Positions 58,674-64,000 of a stretch of DNA of 64,000 nt are shown here, in pieces. This DNA comes from Candidatus Heimdallarchaeota archaeon (GTDB lineage Archaea; Asgardarchaeota; Heimdallarchaeia; Hodarchaeales; Hodarchaeaceae). The notes beneath the pieces were generated by a model, which saw nothing but the letters and a program-made list of their open reading frames with translations, was not told the origin of the DNA and searched no databases. How positions within the stretch are numbered: the stretch's first letter is position 1; every line of letters begins with the position of its first letter. Location of the stretch: assembly GCA_020353515.1 (NCBI GenBank), contig CP070695.1, positions 948,127 through 1,012,126 on the forward strand. Reading direction: 5' to 3'. A program made the translations under genes and the position numbers.

Positions 58674-59162
58674 ATGGAGATATTATTCTTGACTAAGGCA
58701 ACTTTTGAAACTAAATTTGGAAATATTGTAATAGATTTTTTTGATGAGGTGACAAACACCGTTAAAAACTTTGTATCCCTTACTGATTTAGGATTTTATG
58801 ATGGATTGACATTTCATCGTTGCATCCCTGATTTTGTAGTTCAAGGAGGATGCCCTCAAGGGACTGGTACTGGGGGCCCTGGGTATTCTATTCCTTGTGA
58901 AACCGAAAAGAATACCGAAGAAAAGCATAAACATCATCGCGGAGCTCTTTCAATGGCTCATGCTGGCAAAGACACTGGAGGATCCCAATTTTTCTTAGTG
59001 AGAGCCCCTCAACCTCACCTCGACGGAAAACACACAGTATTCGGTAAGATAACAGAAGGATTAGAAATCATTGATAAATTAAGTAACGGAGACAAAATGA
59101 TTCAGGTGAAAATCACCGAAAAAAGCACGCTAATCGAAAATCATAATTTGAGAAAGATTTAG
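58674..59162 (+). CDS. cyclophilin-type peptidyl-prolyl isomerase
   Basis: [44 protein letters not shown]. Confidence 0.95.
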   Translation: MEILFLTKATFETKFGNIVIDFFDEVTNTVKNFVSLTDLGFYDGLTFHRCIPDFVVQGGCPQGTGTGGPGYSIPCETEKNTEEKHKHHRGALSMAHAGKDTGGSQFFLVRAPQPHLDGKHTVFGKITEGLEIIDKLSNGDKMIQVKITEKSTLIENHNLRKI

Positions 59163-59287
59163 AAGCAGTTTTTATCTAATTAAAGTAATAGTTCAAAACA
59201 AATAATATTAAATGTGAGTTATTGTTTAATTCTTAGTTTAAAAAAGAGGCTTCAATCTAGTATCTACATTAAATAGAGGTCTTTGCA

Positions 59288-59920
59288 ATTCCTGTCTGTA
59301 AGAATTGTCTTAATTATGTTATGAATTTAGACGAAGACAACCCCTGTCCTCATTGTGGGAATATAGAAACCCTGACTGATAGGACAGATGATGATTTCAA
59401 ACCAGTCATTCCTGAGGATCTTCAATTTGACTTCAAGAAAGAGGCAGGAGACGAATCAAACATATTTATTGCACCTACTCCACAGGAAATCTATGGGAAC
59501 AATGACACTTCTACAAATGAAAACTTACCTGAACCTCCTCAACCTGTCCAATCCAAAACTCAACCAGAAGACTTACCAGAACCTCCTCAACCTGTTCCAA
59601 CAGATACTCAACCAGAAAGTTCTCCAACCCCAATTTCACAAAATATTCCTTTAGAATCACTTTTCCCTCCCATAGAAGGTGTAACTCTAGATCCAGCATC
59701 CCTTAAGGTATATTTTCAGCTGTCTATTGAATTTCAGATCATTTTGAATAAAGCTACAAATTATCGTCAAGGAGTTTACCGGTGGAACCTTTTATTACCT
59801 GATAGATTGCAAGAATATGGGTTGACAGAAGAAGCATGGCAAAGGATCTCAGCACAGGGAGATGCGGATGAAAAGATTCAAGAACAATTAAGTATAATAC
59901 TTAAATCAATTTTTGGATGA
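59288..59920 (+). CDS. zinc-ribbon protein with Pro-rich repeat; probable ATT start upstream of the listed ATG 59321
   Basis: In-frame upstream PVCKNC completes the ribbon with CPHC; GAGGT 7 nt before ATT. Confidence 0.65.
   Translation: MPVCKNCLNYVMNLDEDNPCPHCGNIETLTDRTDDDFKPVIPEDLQFDFKKEAGDESNIFIAPTPQEIYGNNDTSTNENLPEPPQPVQSKTQPEDLPEPPQPVPTDTQPESSPTPISQNIPLESLFPPIEGVTLDPASLKVYFQLSIEFQIILNKATNYRQGVYRWNLLLPDRLQEYGLTEEAWQRISAQGDADEKIQEQLSIILKSIFG
59523..59618 (+). repeat. 48-bp tandem duplication encoding LPEPPQPVxxxTQPE x2
   Basis: ACTTACC(T/A)GAACCTCCTCAACCTGT at 59523 and 59571. Confidence 0.9.
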
Positions 59921-59958
59921 AATAGATTGAAATCCTTTAGAGAATGTGCTTTAAAGGG

Positions 59959-61299
59959 TTATTCTTGGATAGCTGTGATATCTATTCCTTTTGTTTCGGG
60001 GATAAGTCGAGGGACAAACAACATAGCAAGATAAGCAAATGTACAAGCAAGCATTGCAACCGCTAAAGCTTGAGCATGTCCCAATGGATTTTCCAATACC
60101 GACACAGTGGGCTCCAACGTTTCTGCAACTATACCGACAAAAAATGCTCCCCAGGCTAATCCACGTGCTACTGAGAAAATAAGGGAAGTAGCTGTTGCAC
60201 GGATTCTTGTGGGATAGACCTCACTAGACCAAACACCAAATACTCCGTGCATTCCAAATGAAATAGTTAGAACGAGACAGCCTATTACGATTAAAGGAGT
60301 AAAAACCACAATAAAATTGGAAACAAAGAAAATAGAGGCTCCAATGAGCCCAATTATAGAACAACCAATAAATGCATTTCTCCTACCAATTCGATCACTC
60401 AACCATCCAGTAGTAAATAAAGCAAATGCAGCAATAATCATCACACCTAACATGACAACCATTGCCAGTGTGCCTGCAGTGTCAACATCACCACCAGCAT
60501 TTTGCAATTCATAAGTGAATAAATACTCGAAATAGGTAGGTGCCCAGTCAGCGAGCGTATGATAGGCAAATTCCGAAAGCCAGAACAATAATACAAGTAA
60601 AATAGTCAATTTCAACCATTTTCCTTGTAAAATGTCAAAAATCCTTACTTTTTCTGGTTTTACTTCGTCCTCGAGTTGTACTGATTTTTTGTAATCAGTC
60701 CAAACTTGAGATTCATCTAGTGCAAATTCTAAATAAATTAAGAAAGGAATAGGAAAGAGTGCAGAAAGGAAACAGATTCTCCATCCATCTAGAATTAAGG
60801 GGCCCAAAGTAATGGGATCCATATTCCCAAAAATAAGCGTAACTATTACTGCTCCGATATAACCAACAACAAATGTTGCATGAACCAATCCACCAGCAGC
60901 TCCTCGTTTTTCTGAGGAAAATGTCTCTGATAGTAAAGAAAATGAAATACCCCAAGAAACACCAAGCCCAGAGAGTAACCTTAATATAGCAAAAATTTCA
61001 AATGTTGGTGCAATTGCGGATAGTGACGTGAAAATAGAGTCCCAGAGTACAGAGAGTAAAAGGATATTTTTTCTGCCAAATCGATCAGCTAATTCGCCAA
61101 ATAGTGCAGCTCCTGGGACAGTCATGACATATTGCGCAGAGAAAACGAATCCAATCGCTATTTTATCAACACCATAAGCAACACTTATAGTTGTCGCCAG
61201 CAAACTTACTAATACTAACGCAAATCCATCATGGGCCCATCCGATTACTCCTGCAATTAATACAGGAACTTTACTACTGGTATCATTCATTTCTGCCAT
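59959..61299 (-). CDS. MFS transporter (sugar/aromatic acid type)
   Basis: GELADRFGRK, GWLSDRIGRR, SEVYPTRIRAT, PETKG. Confidence 0.93.
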   Translation of the reverse strand: MAEMNDTSSKVPVLIAGVIGWAHDGFALVLVSLLATTISVAYGVDKIAIGFVFSAQYVMTVPGAALFGELADRFGRKNILLLSVLWDSIFTSLSAIAPTFEIFAILRLLSGLGVSWGISFSLLSETFSSEKRGAAGGLVHATFVVGYIGAVIVTLIFGNMDPITLGPLILDGWRICFLSALFPIPFLIYLEFALDESQVWTDYKKSVQLEDEVKPEKVRIFDILQGKWLKLTILLVLLFWLSEFAYHTLADWAPTYFEYLFTYELQNAGGDVDTAGTLAMVVMLGVMIIAAFALFTTGWLSDRIGRRNAFIGCSIIGLIGASIFFVSNFIVVFTPLIVIGCLVLTISFGMHGVFGVWSSEVYPTRIRATATSLIFSVARGLAWGAFFVGIVAETLEPTVSVLENPLGHAQALAVAMLACTFAYLAMLFVPRLIPETKGIDITAIQE

Positions 61300-61402
61300 A
61301 TCTTATCACTCTGAAAGGATAATAACAAGGATTTTCTTTTGGTGGAGAAGAATAGTGGCCTGATAAAGTAGAAAGTTAAAAAATCTTTTGCTCAACCACT
61401 AC

Positions 61403-62119
61403 TTATTTAATTAGAATAGAAAGGATCGATATGAAGAAAAAAACAGAATAGAGCAATAATTTAAGAATGAAAATGTTATCTTCGCTTGATTCCTGCTTAC
61501 TTTGCAATCTTGTTCTCACCTTGGATTTCCTTCTTAATTTCAGACTTTTTTCAGAAAATCCTCTCCTTTCTTTCATTTTCTGTCTTTGGAGCTTCATGGG
61601 AGATAATAAGGCATCCTTGTTATGACCTATGAGAGTATTATTCCGTTTGGTAACCTTTCGTTTCCAAACAATTCGAACTCCACAAACAGGACAAATTGTA
61701 GAGCTTTTTACAGGGCTAATTACGCGGACAGTAGCACAACGCGGACAGTGGATCATGAAAGATTTTCTTTTCTTTATCTTGACTCTAGTTTTTTTATTCA
61801 ATTTAGATATAGGGTTTGTTTCTAATGATAAGAGTGAAGATTCCTTTATTTTGTTTATGATATGATTTTGAATATTATGTAGTTCACCATTACACATTGG
61901 ACACTTATTTTTTATTCTCAACCATGAAGTGAGATGTCTAATATGGAATACAGAGGCACAACTAGGGCACAAAAAACAACTTTCTTCAACCCACACTCCT
62001 CTCCTACAAATGCAGCATATACCTATTTCGCATGAGTTGGTCCAATTGGTATTTAACTGAATTGTTCCTCCAATTACCAACACTAATGCTACTATGGTCA
62101 GGATTTGAAAGAATAACAA
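61403..62119 (-). CDS. RING-finger protein with zinc ribbon, basic region and C-terminal TM
   Basis: CCIC-x12-CPSC-x4-H-x2-H-x3-W-x6-CPMC; CPRC..CPVC; hydrophobic C-tail. Confidence 0.8.
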   Translation of the reverse strand: MLFFQILTIVALVLVIGGTIQLNTNWTNSCEIGICCICRRGVWVEESCFLCPSCASVFHIRHLTSWLRIKNKCPMCNGELHNIQNHIINKIKESSLLSLETNPISKLNKKTRVKIKKRKSFMIHCPRCATVRVISPVKSSTICPVCGVRIVWKRKVTKRNNTLIGHNKDALLSPMKLQRQKMKERRGFSEKSLKLRRKSKVRTRLQSKQESSEDNIFILKLLLYSVFFFISILSILIK

Positions 62120-62204
62120 GTAGTTCTGTGCTATTGATATAGTTTACATTTAATAATCCAGCGATATCCGACCTTACTTGAATGAACTCGGGTTCTCGAC
62201 AATC

Positions 62205-63998
62205 TTACTTCTTCTTACGAAGTTTCTCAGACAACAATCGCTGCATAATCCCTTTTCTTAACAGGGTGGTTTCATCAAGTATCTGCTGTGTTGATGCTAT
62301 CTTAGCATCTACTGCTGATAATATTTTCACGATATCTCTTTGTTCGGATATAGAGGGAAGGGGAACTTGGATAGTATTGAAGTCTGACCTATTGATTCCT
62401 CCCACGACCCCATGAAACCGTTTTTTAATTTGATTTTGACAGAGCGAAGAAAATAACAGATAGAATAGGAATTGATTACCGATAATATCAGTGTTTTTAC
62501 TTCTAACAATAAACACATGTTCATTGACAGCAATTTTCTCAAACGGTAATTCTTTTACGAGGGCGACTTTGCCTGTGGTTGCCCCATCTTTAACCATCAA
62601 GATATCATTCATTTGAACTTTTCCCTGTGTTAAATGCTTATCATATAAGTCTTCTGGAATAAATTTGATATTCTCCCAATTAATGTATCCAGACTCATTG
62701 ATATGTTCCCCTCCAATACTAACTACTGTTCCCTCTCTCAAAGCTCCACCTTTTGCCCTTTTTCCTGTTTCTAATTCCACTAAATCGCCTAATTTAACGA
62801 ATTTCCACATATCTGGTTGAATATTATCATTCCCATTCAACTCAGTAGAAATAATACTACCTAGATCTGGGTACTCCTTCTCTAGTGTTTTCAACTTTGA
62901 AATTTTTGACAGAACTTGATTTATATTAATGGACTTTTCCTCTATTGTATTTTCAACATACAAAGGGATGTTGAGATTATAATCGAAACCAGTTATTTCT
63001 TGAGAATCGACAATCCTTGAGAATCTATTTTCTGATTTACATTTCCTAAATGCTGTCACAATCTTTTCGATGTCTTTAGGTCTTAAGATATTTTGGGATC
63101 TTTCTTCTTTATAACAGTTGTACCCATCTATAAACAGGATCTGCCCTTTCTGGGCAGGTTTTTTATTCTTATTAATTAAAATAATTGCTGCTGGAATGGA
63201 GGTACCATAAAAAAGATTTGGAGGTAAACCAATAATTGCCTCTATTAAATCATCATCAATCAATGCTTGTCGAATCTTTTTTTCAGCCCCACCTCTAAAT
63301 AGTACCCCATGGGGTAATATTACACCCATTCGACCTGTGTCACGAAGTGTAGCTAACATATGTTGTAAGAAAGCTAAATCTCCATAATTTTTTGATGGGA
63401 TTCCGAACTTGAATCGATCATACGAATCATTTTGAGCTGCTTCAGCACCCCAATTGGATAAAGAAAACGGTGGATTCGCGATAACAATGTCAAAAAGCAG
63501 TAACTTCTCTCCTTTGATCAATTTAGGGTCTCGAATTGTATCTCCCCTCTCAATCCTAGAATTCCAGATCCCATGAAGATACATATTCATTCGACAAATA
63601 ATCCAAGTGTAAAGATTTTTTTCTTGACCAAAAAGTAGTAGTGTTCTCCAATCCCCATTTTTATTCTTAATATACTCAATACATTGAATCAGCATACTAC
63701 CTGACCCTACTGTAGGATCCGCTATTCTCATTCCTTCTTTGGGCTGGAGTAAATCTACTAGGAGTTTCGAAACCATATTTGGAGTATAAAATTCCCCTCC
63801 TTTCCTCCCAGCGGTTTCGGCAAAATGAGCCATTAAGAACTCATAAGCTCTCCCTAATAAATCAGGGTCATCAAAATCAGTATTACGAAATCTATAAACA
63901 CTGAAATGATTGATCAATTGATCTAATGTCTCTTTTGCTAAACGATCTCCGATATTAAACCCAATTCCACTTAAAATCCCTTTTAAGGATGGATTGTG
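62205..63998 (-). CDS. hsdM: type I R-M methyltransferase HsdM fused to a single-TRD HsdS half, 5'-truncated
   Basis: GEFYTP, DPTVGSG, NPPF, LPHGVLFRG, YNLNI, then W..VKLGDL, DILMVKDGATTGK, PLPSISEQ..I; frame is open to the window end. Confidence 0.92.
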   Translation of the reverse strand, partial: HNPSLKGILSGIGFNIGDRLAKETLDQLINHFSVYRFRNTDFDDPDLLGRAYEFLMAHFAETAGRKGGEFYTPNMVSKLLVDLLQPKEGMRIADPTVGSGSMLIQCIEYIKNKNGDWRTLLLFGQEKNLYTWIICRMNMYLHGIWNSRIERGDTIRDPKLIKGEKLLLFDIVIANPPFSLSNWGAEAAQNDSYDRFKFGIPSKNYGDLAFLQHMLATLRDTGRMGVILPHGVLFRGGAEKKIRQALIDDDLIEAIIGLPPNLFYGTSIPAAIILINKNKKPAQKGQILFIDGYNCYKEERSQNILRPKDIEKIVTAFRKCKSENRFSRIVDSQEITGFDYNLNIPLYVENTIEEKSININQVLSKISKLKTLEKEYPDLGSIISTELNGNDNIQPDMWKFVKLGDLVELETGKRAKGGALREGTVVSIGGEHINESGYINWENIKFIPEDLYDKHLTQGKVQMNDILMVKDGATTGKVALVKELPFEKIAVNEHVFIVRSKNTDIIGNQFLFYLLFSSLCQNQIKKRFHGVVGGINRSDFNTIQVPLPSISEQRDIVKILSAVDAKIASTQQILDETTLLRKGIMQRLLSEKLRKKK

Positions 63999-64000
63999 TT

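Noticed and set aside
1-64000. tRNA, rRNA, IS elements, prophage, and the remaining short (60-120 aa) overlapping ORFs
   Set aside because: No cloverleaf, GC-rich rRNA, transposase or viral motifs seen; the short ORFs overlap well-supported genes or lack motifs

Overview
AT-rich, gene-dense archaeal chromosomal window, most likely from an Asgard archaeon (Heimdallarchaeia/Hodarchaeales-like). This is an inference from a non-prenylated Rab-like GTPase, roadblock proteins, a RING finger, a longin-like protein, archaeal-type ProRS, NucS and a thiolase/DUF35 pair. It holds about 60 CDS, mostly metabolic and housekeeping genes, transporters and two DNA methyltransferase genes. Both terminal genes are truncated by the window edges. 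No rRNA, tRNA, CRISPR array or transposase was recognised. The most unusual items are: (1) an operon with a roadblock gene and a 653-aa protein that appears to join tandem roadblock domains, a PCI-like winged helix, a coiled coil and a split 8-ligand zinc finger; (2) an in-frame fusion of a full MFS transporter to an Old Yellow Enzyme domain that lacks its catalytic residues; (3) a candidate box C/D guide sRNA next to that fusion; (4) a bacterial/eukaryotic class II CCA-type enzyme in an archaeon; (5) a tail-anchored RING protein; (6) several apparent pseudo-enzymes (two Mrr-fold paralogs, a Cys-less thiolase). All domain calls come from motif recognition by eye; no searches were run.
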